A stretch of DNA of 64,000 nucleotides from Armatimonadota bacterium (GTDB lineage: Bacteria > Armatimonadota > SYMT01): assembly GCA_046292385.1 (NCBI GenBank), contig JBKBRF010000002.1, positions 1 through 64,000 of the forward strand, written 5' to 3'. Each line of letters starts with the position of its first letter. Position 1 is the first letter of the stretch. The notes under the pieces are model-generated. The model was not told the origin of the DNA, did no database searches, and saw only the letters and a program-made list of their open reading frames with translations. A program made the translations under genes and the position numbers. Positions 44,857 through 55,098 of the stretch are shown here, piece after piece.

Positions 44857-45702
44857 TCAGCCCTCCCTCCGCGCGCGCTGCAGCCGGGTAAAGCTGCGCG
44901 TCTGCTCCGTGATCGCTCGCTCCGCCGGCAGCCGCTCCATGGAGCTGGCGCCGTAGAAGCCGGCGACGCCGGGGCACCGCGCCAGGATGTAGGCGGCGTC
45001 GTCCGGCTCCGCTATCGGGCCGCCGTGGCAGAGGACCAGGATCTCGCCGCGGACCTCCCGCGCTGCGGCGGCGATCGCGTTGATCTCGGTGACGCACTGG
45101 TCCAGGCTCTTCGCCGTCTGCGCCCCGATCGTCCCGGAAGTGGTGAGCCCCATGTGCGCGACCAGGATGTCCGCCCCCGCCTCCGCCATCTGCCGGGCCT
45201 GGTCTGGATCGAAGACGTAGGGCGTGGTGAGGAGGTCGAGGTCCCGCGCCGCGGCGACGCATTCCACCTCCAGGCCGTAGCCCATCCCGGTCTCCTCCAG
45301 GTTGGCGCGGAAGGTGCCGTCGATCAGCCCGACCGTCGGGAAGTTCTGGATCCCCGCGAAGCCCATCGACTTCAGCTCCCGCAGGAAGTGGTCGCGGAGC
45401 ATGAACGGGTCGGTGGCGCAGACGCCCGCCAGCACCGGGGTGTGCTTTACCGCGGTCAGCACCTCGTATCCCATCTCCTTCACGATCTGGTTGGCGTTGC
45501 CGTACGGCATCATCCCGGTCAGGGAGCCGCGGCCCGCCATGCGGTAGCGTCCGGAGTTGTAGATCACGATCAGGTCGATGCCGCCGGCCTCCTCGCACTT
45601 GGCGCTGATGCCGGTGCCGGCCCCGCCGCCGACGATCACCTCTCCGCGGGCGGCCTTCTCCTGGAGACGATCCAGGATCTCTTCTCGGTTCGGGTGGGAC
45701 AT
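44857..45702 (-). CDS. TIM-barrel signal transduction / PEP-hydrolase family protein
   Basis: [57 protein letters not shown] 45702. Confidence 0.92.
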   Translation of the reverse strand: MSHPNREEILDRLQEKAARGEVIVGGGAGTGISAKCEEAGGIDLIVIYNSGRYRMAGRGSLTGMMPYGNANQIVKEMGYEVLTAVKHTPVLAGVCATDPFMLRDHFLRELKSMGFAGIQNFPTVGLIDGTFRANLEETGMGYGLEVECVAAARDLDLLTTPYVFDPDQARQMAEAGADILVAHMGLTTSGTIGAQTAKSLDQCVTEINAIAAAAREVRGEILVLCHGGPIAEPDDAAYILARCPGVAGFYGASSMERLPAERAITEQTRSFTRLQRARREG

Positions 45703-45987
45703 CCGGGTCCTCTCGCTTCCGGCGGGGATGCCGTCGTCGCCCCGCCGCATGGAGACCGTTCCACGGCCGGAGGGGAAGACTCCTCGTTCGGCTGCGGGCG
45801 GCGCCAAGTTCGGTATAGCACCCGACCACGGTGCGGGGGCCGGGTCTAAGGTCCCGGGTTCGCCTTGCAAACAGGCCTATCTTCGCTTGCCTCGCTGCTC
45901 ACGACGACCCCTTATCAGCTCCGGCGCTAGTGTGATACTATTGCGTTACCGGCAGTCGAGCGCGGTGCGAGTGGAGAGCGGAGCGGT

Positions 45988-46734
45988 ATGCCCGGGGGCG
46001 CCTCGATTGATGGAGCATTGGTGCTGCGCGCCGCTCTTCCGGTTCTCGCCGCTCTCGCAGGTGCATTGGCAGGGGCGCTGACCGCCCGCCGCGGCGGCTC
46101 CGTCGTCTCGCCTCTGGTCCACTTCGCGGCCGGCGCCTTCCTCGCCCTGGCGCTGCTCCTGCTGCTGCCGGACGGAGCCGCCCACGCCGGCTGGCCGGCC
46201 GCGATTCTCGCGGCGGTGGTGGGGGCCGGCGCCTGCCACCTTCTCGCACGCCGCACCGGCGCTTCCTGTCCCGCCTGCCCGACCGGCGTGGAGATGCTCA
46301 CGCACCAGGAGGTGGTGGTGCCGCTGCTCGCCTTCGTGGCGCTGCACAGCGTGCTCGACGGCCTCCCCCTCGTCTCCGGCGATCACCACCACCACGAGTC
46401 GCTCGTCGCCGCCGCGATCCTGCTCCACAAGCTGCCGGAAGGGCTGGCGGTCTCCGCCCTGCTCCGCGCCTCCGGCAGCTCCGCCGCCCGGGCGTTCCTG
46501 CTCACCGCGGCGGTGGAGGCGTGCACCTTCCTGGGGGTGCTGCTCGGCCTGGCGCTGGGTCAGGTCAGCAGCCTCTGGCTCGGCCTCGCGGTGGCCGGAG
46601 TCGCGGGCAGCTTCCTCTACGTGGCGGGGCTGGCGCTGGTCGACGTGGGCCGGTCTGCCCGACCGAGCCAGAACCGGGCGGCGGCGGCGCTGGGCGCGAT
46701 CGTCGTGATGGCAGCTCGCCTGGCGCTCGGGTAA
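45988..46734 (+). CDS. ZIP-family metal transporter
   Basis: Multiple TMs, LHSVLDG, HHHHE, LLHKLPEGLA, AGSFLYV. Confidence 0.85.
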   Translation: MPGGASIDGALVLRAALPVLAALAGALAGALTARRGGSVVSPLVHFAAGAFLALALLLLLPDGAAHAGWPAAILAAVVGAGACHLLARRTGASCPACPTGVEMLTHQEVVVPLLAFVALHSVLDGLPLVSGDHHHHESLVAAAILLHKLPEGLAVSALLRASGSSAARAFLLTAAVEACTFLGVLLGLALGQVSSLWLGLAVAGVAGSFLYVAGLALVDVGRSARPSQNRAAAALGAIVVMAARLALG

Positions 46735-46752
46735 GCTTTCCCTGTGGCTCCA

Positions 46753-46850
46753 TTCTCCCGCCCCTCCAGGGCGGGCCCCCGTGCTGGCGAGGAGTCCGGG
46801 GGCTGCGCTGCGCTGACCCCCGGCTACCGTCTCTCGCCCTTCCAGGGCGA
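46753..46850 (-). repeat. REP/REPIN-like ~97 bp element (copy 2)
   Basis: Reverse complement of 31551-31647 with a variable internal spacer. Confidence 0.85.
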
Positions 46851-46912
46851 CGGGAAGTCGGAGTGGCCCGCGACGGATCGCCGGCTGGCGTGGAGTACTG
46901 CGAGAGGTGCCG

Positions 46913-48163
46913 ATGGAGAAGCGCAGACGCAAGACCTGGCTGTGGGTGGGAGGCGGCCTGTTCGGGCTGCTGCTCGCCCTCCTCGTGGGTGGGTTTGGCT
47001 ACTGGCAGTACGCGGCCGCGGTCCCGGAATTCAGGCTTCCGCCGGATACCCTGCCGGCACCTCGCGGCTACCTCCAGGGCCGGGCCGCCTCCCAGGAGCT
47101 TCTCCGGAGCCGGTCGAGGGTTCCGAACACCTGGCCGAACGGCTCTACGACCGAGCTGGAGGCGGCAGTCGCTCCGGTCCGGCCGGCCCTGCAGCGGCTG
47201 CGGGCGTCGTTCGGCGAGGAGTGGCGCGTCCCAACTTCCATCCTTACCGCGGCGCGGTTTCAGGATTACGGCGCCTTTCGGGAAGCGGCGCGCTGCTTCA
47301 CCGTCGAGGCAATCCTCGCGGAGCGACGGGGGGATCACGATGCGGCGCTGCAGCACCGGATCGACGCGCTGGAGCTGGGGGTGCGTCTCCGCCGGGGCGA
47401 CGGCATCATGGGGATCCTGGTCGGGGGAGCAGTTAACGCTATCGGCGTCGCAGGTATCGAGACGCTGCCGGAGCGCGCCTCACCGGCTGCTCTGGAGACG
47501 GCGCTCACCCGGCTTCGCCGGATCGAGGCGGATTGGCCGTCCCTCCACCAGTCGCTGGAGATCGAAGCACTCGTCGCCCGCGCGGACCTGGCGCGGTACC
47601 TGCACGAGCTAAATGCCCGGTCGCTTCCGCAGCAGTGGCAGGCGCTGGACGACCTCGGTGACTTCGGGTCCGGCGAGAAGCTGCGGCTGCTCCTCACGCC
47701 GCGCCGGGCCGCGGCAGCCCGGGTCGACGCTTACTATCGGGCCAGCGTCGCGGAGCTGATGAAGCCGCCGGGCACCCGCGTAAAGGTGTCCGTCCCGGAC
47801 GATCCGTGGGTGAAACGCTTTTGCACCGTGCTCCCCGCAGCCTACGGCACCCGCGACCGGTCCCAGGTCGCGCTGCTCGTCGGGGCGCTCGCGGTGGAGC
47901 GGTGGCAGCGGGAGCACGGTCGCTACCCGCGCTCTATGGAGGAGCTGAGCGGGAAGTGGCTTCCGGAAGCGCCGGTAGACGCGTGGGAACGCCCGCTGGT
48001 CTACCGCCTGCGGAACGGCCGCCCGCTCCTCTACAGCCTGGGGCCGGACGGTATCGATGACGGCGGGCGCAGCCTGCCGCCCGGCGGGCACCTGGATGAC
48101 GGTGCCCGCGGCGACCTCGCGTGGGGACAGCTCTCGCCGCGCCGGGGTGGATCCGGTTCTTAA
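46913..48163 (+). CDS. Membrane-anchored hypothetical protein with GspG-like C-terminus
   Basis: N-terminal TM; GRYPRSMEEL..PVDAWERPLVY..LLYSLGPDGIDDGG. Confidence 0.7.
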   Translation: MEKRRRKTWLWVGGGLFGLLLALLVGGFGYWQYAAAVPEFRLPPDTLPAPRGYLQGRAASQELLRSRSRVPNTWPNGSTTELEAAVAPVRPALQRLRASFGEEWRVPTSILTAARFQDYGAFREAARCFTVEAILAERRGDHDAALQHRIDALELGVRLRRGDGIMGILVGGAVNAIGVAGIETLPERASPAALETALTRLRRIEADWPSLHQSLEIEALVARADLARYLHELNARSLPQQWQALDDLGDFGSGEKLRLLLTPRRAAAARVDAYYRASVAELMKPPGTRVKVSVPDDPWVKRFCTVLPAAYGTRDRSQVALLVGALAVERWQREHGRYPRSMEELSGKWLPEAPVDAWERPLVYRLRNGRPLLYSLGPDGIDDGGRSLPPGGHLDDGARGDLAWGQLSPRRGGSGS

Positions 48164-48254
48164 CCCCAGACAGCACGGGCGGAACGAGCTCGCTGAAGAA
48201 TGGTGCGAGCCCACCCCGCCCGTAGAGGCTGCGAGGAGCAGTGTGGACCGGGTC

Positions 48255-48764
48255 CTAGCCCAGCAGGTCGTCGTCCGCGTAGAGGCCCTTGCCGCCCGGC
48301 TCTACCTCGTCCTCGTCCGCGATGATGATGTTCGCGGGGGTGAAGAGGAAGACTTTGTCCCCCACCCGCTCGTAGAAGCCGTTCAGGGCGTAGGTGACGC
48401 CGCTGATGAAGTCGATCACGCGGCGCGCCAGCTCGTCGTCCGCCTTCTCCAGGTTCACGATCACCGGCCGGCGCTCTTTCAGGTCTTCCGCGGCGCGCTG
48501 GGCGTCCAGCAGCGTGCGGGGAGCCCGCTTGGAGATCTGACTGCCGCGGTGGGCGTGCACCTGCAGCAGCGTGCCGTTCGGCTGCGCCTTCTGGCTGCGG
48601 TTCACGCGCGGCGCGGCCGGCTCGTGGCGAGACGGAGGCGCGGGCGCGAAGCCTTCCTCTTCCTCCTCCTCGACCTCTTCGCCGAACCACTTATCGCGCA
48701 GCCGCGCGATCCAGCTATCCTGCTCTTCGTACTCTTCTTCTTCGACTTTCAGCCTTCTGCTCAT
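48255..48764 (-). CDS. sepF: Cell division protein SepF
   Basis: VIVNLE..ARRVIDFISGVTYALNG..VFLFTP; start overlaps the yggS stop (ATGA). Confidence 0.92.
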   Translation of the reverse strand: MSRRLKVEEEEYEEQDSWIARLRDKWFGEEVEEEEEEGFAPAPPSRHEPAAPRVNRSQKAQPNGTLLQVHAHRGSQISKRAPRTLLDAQRAAEDLKERRPVIVNLEKADDELARRVIDFISGVTYALNGFYERVGDKVFLFTPANIIIADEDEVEPGGKGLYADDDLLG

Positions 48765-49447
48765 CCCGCACTCCTCCTGGGACCGAAAATGCCGGTCCCG
48801 ACCCGGACCATGGTGGAGCCTTCTTCGATCGCCGTCTCGAAGTCGCCGCTCATCCCCATGGAAAGCGTCTGCCGGCACTCTTCCGGCAGCTTTCGGAACA
48901 GCTCCGCCAGGAGCCGGAAGCTCGCGCGCGCGGCGTCCGCGTCTCCGGTGAGCGGTCCCATCCCCATCAGGCCTCGCAGGCGCAGCCCGGGAACGGGGGC
49001 CACCTGCTCCGCCAGCGCCAGCGCCTGCGCCGGCTCCACTCCAAACTTGCTCGCCTCGCCGGCGGCGTTCACTTCCAGCAGCACGTCCAGCGTGCGCCCC
49101 AACGCCTCCGCCCGCCGTCCCAGCGCCTGCGCCAGCGCCAGGCTGTCGACGCACTGCACCACCTCGAAGAGCGCGGCGGCCTTGCCCGCCTTGTTGCGCT
49201 GCAGGTGCCCGATGAAGTGCCGGACCGCGTCGATCTCTCCCAGGGCGGCCCACTTCGCCTCGGCTTCCTGGACGTAGTTCTCTCCCAGGTGCCGCACGCC
49301 GGCCGCCAGCGCCTGCCGGACCGCCTCCGGCGGCTGCGTCTTGGAGACCGCCACCAGGGTGATGCCGGCGGGGTCCCGGCCGGCCCGCTCCGCGGCGCGC
49401 GCGATGCGCTGCCGCACGACGTTAAGATTCTCGGCAACAGTCGTCAC
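48761..49447 (-). CDS. yggS: PLP homeostasis protein YggS
   Basis: LVAVSKT, GENYVQE, HFIGHLQRNK, LSMGMSGDF..GSTMVRVGTGIFG. Confidence 0.95.
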   Translation of the reverse strand: MTTVAENLNVVRQRIARAAERAGRDPAGITLVAVSKTQPPEAVRQALAAGVRHLGENYVQEAEAKWAALGEIDAVRHFIGHLQRNKAGKAAALFEVVQCVDSLALAQALGRRAEALGRTLDVLLEVNAAGEASKFGVEPAQALALAEQVAPVPGLRLRGLMGMGPLTGDADAARASFRLLAELFRKLPEECRQTLSMGMSGDFETAIEEGSTMVRVGTGIFGPRRSAG

Positions 49448-49650
49448 AGGCGTCAGACCAGTTCGTGTTTGATTCCGGACAGAAGCTCCGGCGGGGGTGA
49501 AAGGGACGATTCCGCCCGGATTATACGGGGCGGGGCAGGCGCTCACAAGCGCCCTGCCGCCGCCCCGGCGGGCAGCGTCGCGGGTGCCGCGGGGAGAGAT
49601 TGACGCAACCCCCGGGTGAATTCCGGGTTAATAAGGGTAGAGGGAGGCCT

Positions 49651-50934
49651 ATGAGCAGCATTGCGGAACGCGGTAGTGGCACGGGTGGGGACGCACAGAA
49701 CGTTTTCGAGATGGCGCAGTCGCAGCTGGACCGGATCGCGGACACGATCCGGCTCGACCCCGACATGCGGGAGGTGCTGCGCCACCCGCGGCGGGAGCTG
49801 ACGGTCAACTTCCCGGTGCGGATGGACGACGGCACGATCCGGATCTTCACTGGGCACCGGGTGCAGCACAACTTCAGCCTGGGGCCCAGCAAGGGCGGCA
49901 TCCGCTACAGTGCGGAGGTCGACCTGGACGAGGTGCGCGCGCTGGCGATGTGGATGACCTGGAAGTGCGCCATCGTCGGGCTGCCGTACGGCGGGGCGAA
50001 GGGCGGGGTCAAGGTCGACCCGCGGACGCTCTCCCAGCGGGAGCTGGAGAACCTGACGCGCCGCTTCGCCAGCGAGATCTCGATCGTGATGGGGCCGGAG
50101 GGCGACATCCCGGCGCCGGACATGGGCACCAACTCGCAGGTGATGGCGTGGATGATGGACACCTACTCCATGCACCGCGGCTACAGCGTCACCGGCGTGG
50201 TGACCGGTAAGCCGCCCTCCATCGGCGGGAGCGAGGGCCGGGTAGAGGCGACCGGCCGCGGGGTGACGCTCATCACCGGCATGGCGTGCCGCAAGCTGGG
50301 CCGCCCGCTCGCCGGCGCCACCGTGGCGGTGCAGGGCTACGGCAATGTCGGCTCGGTCGCCGCCCGGCTGCTGGCGCGCTCCGGCGCCCGCGTGGTGGCG
50401 GTCAGCGACGTCACCAACGGCCTCTACCGCCCGACCGGCCTCGACCTGGAGGAGGTCGACGCCTACCGGGTCGACCACCAGGACCTGGCCGGCTGCCCCG
50501 CCGGGGACACGATCTCCAACGAGGAGCTGCTGGAGCTGCCGGTCGACATCCTGGTCCCCGCCGCCACGGAGCGGCAGATCACGGAAGCGAACGCGGACCG
50601 TATCCGCGCGCGGCTGGTCGTCGAAGGGGCGAACGGCCCCACCACCCCGGCGGCGGACCGCATCCTGCAGGAGAACGGCATCTTCGTGGTGCCGGACGTG
50701 CTGGCGAACGCGGGCGGCGTGATCGTGAGCTACTTCGAGTGGGTGCAGGACCTCTCCGCCTTCTTCTGGAGCGAGAGCGAGGTGAACCAGCGGCTGGAAG
50801 AGCTGCTGAACCGCGCCTTCGCCGTGGTGTGGGATGCCACCGAGCGCTACGGCACCGACATGCGCATGGGCGCCTACGCCGTCGGCGTCAGCCGCGTCGC
50901 GGAAGCGACCCGGATCCGAGGGATCTACCCATAG
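49651..50934 (+). CDS. gdhA: Glutamate dehydrogenase (Glu/Leu/Phe/Val family)
   Basis: GPSKGGIRY, MTWKC, GGAKGG, DIPAPD, QGYGNVG, EGANGP, SYFEWVQ. Confidence 0.93.
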   Translation: MSSIAERGSGTGGDAQNVFEMAQSQLDRIADTIRLDPDMREVLRHPRRELTVNFPVRMDDGTIRIFTGHRVQHNFSLGPSKGGIRYSAEVDLDEVRALAMWMTWKCAIVGLPYGGAKGGVKVDPRTLSQRELENLTRRFASEISIVMGPEGDIPAPDMGTNSQVMAWMMDTYSMHRGYSVTGVVTGKPPSIGGSEGRVEATGRGVTLITGMACRKLGRPLAGATVAVQGYGNVGSVAARLLARSGARVVAVSDVTNGLYRPTGLDLEEVDAYRVDHQDLAGCPAGDTISNEELLELPVDILVPAATERQITEANADRIRARLVVEGANGPTTPAADRILQENGIFVVPDVLANAGGVIVSYFEWVQDLSAFFWSESEVNQRLEELLNRAFAVVWDATERYGTDMRMGAYAVGVSRVAEATRIRGIYP

Positions 50935-50990
50935 AGAGCAGCGGCGAGGCGTAGGGGCGCCCACTTGCGCCCGAGGGGCGGTAACTACCT

Positions 50991-51875
50991 TCAGGAGTTC
51001 CTTGCCTCCGCCGCCTGTTGCAGCGCCTGGATGGCCGACGCGATGTAGGAGTCGAATCCTTCCCGCTCGTCATCCAGGCGCCGCCATCGCTCGGCCGCAC
51101 GAAGCACGGCGGGCAGGAGGCCGGGGTCCCCCAGCTCCTCAGCAGCGATGAAGTAGCACGGCGAGATCTGCGGATCGTTCCGCAGCAGCTCATCCAGTCG
51201 CGGTGCCAGGTCCGGGTCGCCCAGGAGCGCGAGCCCTTCTGCGGCTTCACCGCGCACGTCGGGGTTCGGATCGTCGAGCGCCTCCCAGAGGCGCCTTCGG
51301 ACTTCCGGGGTGTCGTGGCCGCCCTGGTGCAGTCCGAAGGTAGCCCAATCGCGCACGTCGTCGGCCGGATCGTCCATCAAGCGCAGCAAGGTCTGGCAGA
51401 CCTGGCCCCGGTAGGCAGCAGCTTCCGGATCTTCCCACCCGGACTCGTAGAACGAGCCGAGGGCAAACGCCACCCCGTGGCGGATCTCTTCCGAAGGATC
51501 GAACGCTGCCCGGCAGAGCGCCGGGATGGTGGAGGGCACTGCCTGGTGGCCCAGGGCATAAGCCGCCGCCGCCCGCACCTCTTCCGTCGGGTCGGACTGC
51601 AGGAGCTGGACCAGGAGCGGCACTCCGTCCGGTTAGGGCCCCGGGTGGGACTCGCCCTCCGCCGGGGGCCGGTCGCCCACCTGTCCCAGCACGCAGCAGG
51701 CCATCTCCCGAATCCGGGGATGGGGGTCGCGCGCGAGCTCCAATGCGCTCTCCAGGGCGGGTCGTCCCAGCCGGTGGAGTGCGGACGCCGCCTCGTACCG
51801 GCGGTCTTCATCCTCCTCCATCAGCTGGGCGACCCACCGTTGCAGCGTCTGCTCGTCGTCAGTCGGATCGCTCAT
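50991..51875 (-). pseudogene. HEAT-repeat protein interrupted by an in-frame TAA at 51633-51635
   Basis: Track ORFs 51633..51917 and 50991..51623 share a frame and read ..HPGP*PDGVPLL..; GGAGG RBS before ATG 51875. Confidence 0.72.
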
Positions 51876-52068
51876 CGGCCTCCATCCTGTTCTTCCGAAG
51901 CGTCTCCTCCCTCTCATTATGCAAGTCAGGGCATGGCGGGGGAAGATCGCCCCTCTGGAAGGGAGCGGCGAGGCGCCGCGGGAACCTTCAGCCTGATCCG
52001 GGCAGGACGGGGTGAGACCCCACCGCCGGGCGGGAGACGGACCCGACTACAGGGGGGAGAGACGACCC

Positions 52069-52512
52069 ATGTTCACGCGCTACGAGCCCCGGCCGCTGGC
52101 CTTCCTCGGAGTGGAGGAGGTCGCCGGGTACCGCCTCAAGCGGTACGGCATCCGCTGGGGGGAGGCGCCGCTGGAGTGGGCGAGGTTCGAAGACGGCTGG
52201 CGCCAGGCGATCGCCGTTCTGCCGCAGCCGGCAGTGACGGAGGCCCGGCCCGGAGTGGGGTTCGCGATCCTGCACCAGGGGCGCACCGGCGACTACCTGG
52301 TGCTCGGCTGGTGGGACCACGAGAACGATCTGCCGGTGCGCGTCTTCGTGCGGGACGCGGAGGGCTGGAGACCGGCAGCCGGCGAGTCGTTCTGCGTCTG
52401 GGACCTGCGGGTGCTCTGGTGGGAGCGCGAAGCCTACGTCGCCACGCTCCTCTCGGGCCGCCGGAACAGCCTGGACGACTACCTCCGGATGACGCTAGAC
52501 GGCGACGCCTGA
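52069..52512 (+). CDS. Hypothetical protein
   Basis: GGAGAG RBS, host-like codon use, WWDHENDL..FCVWDL..WEREAY. Confidence 0.7.
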   Translation: MFTRYEPRPLAFLGVEEVAGYRLKRYGIRWGEAPLEWARFEDGWRQAIAVLPQPAVTEARPGVGFAILHQGRTGDYLVLGWWDHENDLPVRVFVRDAEGWRPAAGESFCVWDLRVLWWEREAYVATLLSGRRNSLDDYLRMTLDGDA

Positions 52513-52556
52513 CGCCACCGCCAATCCGTGTCAACTAAGGGGTACGCTGGATTGAT

Positions 52557-52620
52557 GGGCCGCTTTCGCCTCGGACTAAAGTCGAGGTTACACGGAGCGA
52601 AGCCCGCCTGCGCGGGCTGA
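52557..52620. repeat. REP-like palindromes
   Basis: CCTCGGACTAAAGTCGAGG and AGCCCGCCTGCGCGGGCT hairpins between convergent genes. Confidence 0.65.
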
Positions 52621-52679
52621 GAACTCCACTGAAAAACGTGTCAGTGACTTCCTGCAACCCCTTAGCATGCCAGGCGACC

Positions 52680-52710
52680 CCCTAGACCCTAACCCCTAGA
52701 TCCTAACCCT
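52680..52710. repeat. Heptamer tandem repeat (CCCTAGA/CCCTAAC)
   Basis: Seen directly, just past the 3' end of the 2OG oxygenase. Confidence 0.7.
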
Positions 52711-52712
52711 GG

Positions 52713-53666
52713 CTACGCCAGCCCGATCTCCCGCAGGCGCTGGAGCAGGTAGTCGCCGGCGGTGATCTCCGGATAGCGCCGCTCGCCGCCGCTGCGGGCG
52801 ATGCAGCCGGGGAGGGGGCCGACGCTCACTTCCGGGCGGGCGTGGGCGAAGAACGGCATGGACAAGCGCCGCTCCCGGGAGCTGCCCGGGTTCACCACCC
52901 GGTGGGTGGTGCTGCGCAGCACCCCGTTGGTGGCGTTCTGCAGCATGTCGCCGGCGTCGACGATGATCTGTCCCGGCACCGCCTCCACCGCCAGCCACTC
53001 TCCCTCGCGCGTCAGGAGCTCCAGGCCGCCGGCGGTCGCCTCGCAGAGGAGCGTGATCAGGTTGATATCCTCGTGCGGCGCGGCGCGCATGCTGGCGGGG
53101 TCGGCGTCCGGCGGGACCGGCGGGTAGTGGATGATCCGGAGGATCGAGTTGCCGTCTCGCGCCATCTCCCGGAAGCGGTCCCGCGGCTCGTCCAGGTAGA
53201 GCGCCACCAGCTCGAGCAGGCGCAGGGCGCAGGCGTCGATCTGCCGGTACAGCTCTCGCAGGGCGGCGTCGAACCCGGGTGCGTCTTCCGGCGTGGGCCA
53301 GATGTTGGCCGGATAGACCGTCTCCAGCGGGTGTCCCGGCGGGAGATCGCGGCCCACGTGCCAGAACTCCTTCAGGTCGGGCGCCGGGTGGTCTCTGGCG
53401 TGCTCCCGGCCGAAGCTGGTAAAGCCCCGCTGGCCCTTTCCCTGCGGGTCCTCATAGCGGCGCTTCCGCTCTTCCGGCAGGGTGAAGAACGCCTCCACGG
53501 CCGCGTAGCTGCGGCGGATCAGCTCCGAGTCGACTCCGTGCCGCTCCACGGCGAAGAAGCCGAGCTCGGTGAGGGCCCTGCCGGCGAGCTCCGCCAGCCG
53601 GCGCTCCTCCGCGGAGCCGGGCACGGCGGCGGAGAGGTCGAGGAGAGGAAGGCTCTGCGGCGGCAT
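52713..53666 (-). CDS. Isopenicillin N synthase-like 2OG-Fe(II) oxygenase
   Basis: GFFAVERHG, LRIIHYPP, HEDINLITLL (HxD), STTHRVV, RLSMPFF. Confidence 0.92.
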   Translation of the reverse strand: MPPQSLPLLDLSAAVPGSAEERRLAELAGRALTELGFFAVERHGVDSELIRRSYAAVEAFFTLPEERKRRYEDPQGKGQRGFTSFGREHARDHPAPDLKEFWHVGRDLPPGHPLETVYPANIWPTPEDAPGFDAALRELYRQIDACALRLLELVALYLDEPRDRFREMARDGNSILRIIHYPPVPPDADPASMRAAPHEDINLITLLCEATAGGLELLTREGEWLAVEAVPGQIIVDAGDMLQNATNGVLRSTTHRVVNPGSSRERRLSMPFFAHARPEVSVGPLPGCIARSGGERRYPEITAGDYLLQRLREIGLA

Positions 53667-53779
53667 GGGGCTCCGGGAATCTGCGGCGTAATGGCGGAGG
53701 GGGGAAGCCGTTGTTAATCTGAGACTAACGGTCCGCCCTCGGAAGGCTTTCCGGGGAGACGCGGTCGAGAGGAAAGCTG

Positions 53780-54190
53780 ATGCGCCTGCGGCTCTTTCCG
53801 GTATTGACGGCCCTCTTCGTGGGGCTGCCGCTGATCGACGTGGTCGTGCTCGTCTTCCTGGGTCAGTATCTCACCTTCTGGCCCACGGTAGCGTCGGTGC
53901 TGCTGAGCGGAGTCCTGGGGGCGTGGCTGGCAAAGCAGCAGGGGCTCTCCGTCTGGCGCGGCATCCAGCGCGACCTCTCCGCCGGGCAGGTGCCGGCGCA
54001 GGGGCTGATCGACGCCGTCTTCATCCTGATCGCCGGCGGCATGCTGATGACGCCGGGCTTCCTCACCGACATCGTCGGCCTCGCCCTCCTCCTCCCCCCG
54101 GTGCGCCAGCCGCTCAAGCGCTACCTCCGCGCCCGCCTGGAACGAGCGGTCACCGTCCGCTACATCGGCCCCAACCTACCGGGGGTCTGA
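53780..54190 (+). CDS. fxsA: FxsA family membrane protein
   Basis: GAWLAKQQG, GGMLMTPGFLTDIVG, LPPVR. Confidence 0.9.
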   Translation: MRLRLFPVLTALFVGLPLIDVVVLVFLGQYLTFWPTVASVLLSGVLGAWLAKQQGLSVWRGIQRDLSAGQVPAQGLIDAVFILIAGGMLMTPGFLTDIVGLALLLPPVRQPLKRYLRARLERAVTVRYIGPNLPGV

Positions 54191-54197
54191 GGCGCGA

Positions 54198-54396
54198 GTG
54201 TAAGAAAAGGGGATAGGGGGATGGATTGGAGATATGGGGATGAAGATGATGGGTGCGCCTGACGCAGCGCTGCTGCGGCCCCGTATCTCAACATCGACCG
54301 CGGGATCGCCTCACAAGTTTGCGCTGGGGCTGTAGAAGCGGATTGGACTAAGACATCCCCTTATCCCCCTAAATCCCCTTATCTCCTTTCTTACAC
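54198..54396. repeat. MITE-like ~200 bp element with terminal inverted repeats and GGGGAT-type arms
   Basis: GTGTAAGAAAAGGGGATA.. / ..TTATCTCCTTTCTTACAC; internal GCTGCTGCGGCCCCG at 54269. Confidence 0.78.
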
Positions 54397-54397
54397 A

Positions 54398-54844
54398 TCA
54401 CTCCTTCAGATCGGCGAGCGCTTCCGGGAGGGTGCGGTGGAGGAGGAGGCGGCGCGAGAGGCCGGTGGCCTGGAAAAGGCGGACCAGCCGTTCTTTGGGG
54501 GTCACCACCGCCAGGCGGTTCGGGAGGCGGCCGGAGGCCTGCAGCAGGATCCCCATGCCGCGGGAATCGATGTAGTCCGCGTAGGAGAGATCGACGACCA
54601 GCGCGGACGGGCTGCGGGCGAGCACTTCGTCCATTCGCGCCTGGAGCTCCGGGGCGGTGCTGACGTCCAGCTCTCCCTCCACGCGCAGGACCGGGATGCC
54701 CTCGCGCTCCTGAACCCGTACCGCGAGCGGCGAGTCGCCGATGCCGGCGATGCTGTTTAGCAGCTCCTCTTCCCGCGCCTGGACCGGATCGTCTTCTTCC
54801 GGCAGCGCGCGCATCTCTTCCATCAAGCGGCTCAACGGGTCCAT
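54398..54844 (-). CDS. STAS-domain anti-sigma factor antagonist
   Basis: VEGELDVSTAP, VVDLSYADYIDSRGMG, LFQATGL; acidic N-terminal extension. Confidence 0.88.
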   Translation of the reverse strand: MDPLSRLMEEMRALPEEDDPVQAREEELLNSIAGIGDSPLAVRVQEREGIPVLRVEGELDVSTAPELQARMDEVLARSPSALVVDLSYADYIDSRGMGILLQASGRLPNRLAVVTPKERLVRLFQATGLSRRLLLHRTLPEALADLKE

Positions 54845-55098
54845 AGGGAGGGTCCTCTCTCGGCGGAAATAGGAGTCGGGCGGCGGGGGTGCTGCTCGGC
54901 CGCCGGCCCGGCACCCGGGCGGGCAAGCAGCGGGGTCGGCATCAAGTCTTTTTCCCGCGGCTCCGCACACTCAATCCAGAAATCTCGCGCAGGGCGCCTT
55001 CTCCGGCCCGGGGAGTGGTAAACCGGCGGCGCCTGGGTATCTCGGTAGCAGAGGGGCGAGCACGAGAATCACGACCTGGAGTGCGGAGGGAGACCGGA

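Noticed and set aside
45930..45950. Zur/Fur-type box upstream of the ZIP transporter
   Set aside because: The palindrome (GTGATACTATTGC) is too weak to call; it may simply be a -10 element
51633..51635. Selenocysteine or pyrrolysine recoding
   Set aside because: The stop is TAA, not TGA or TAG
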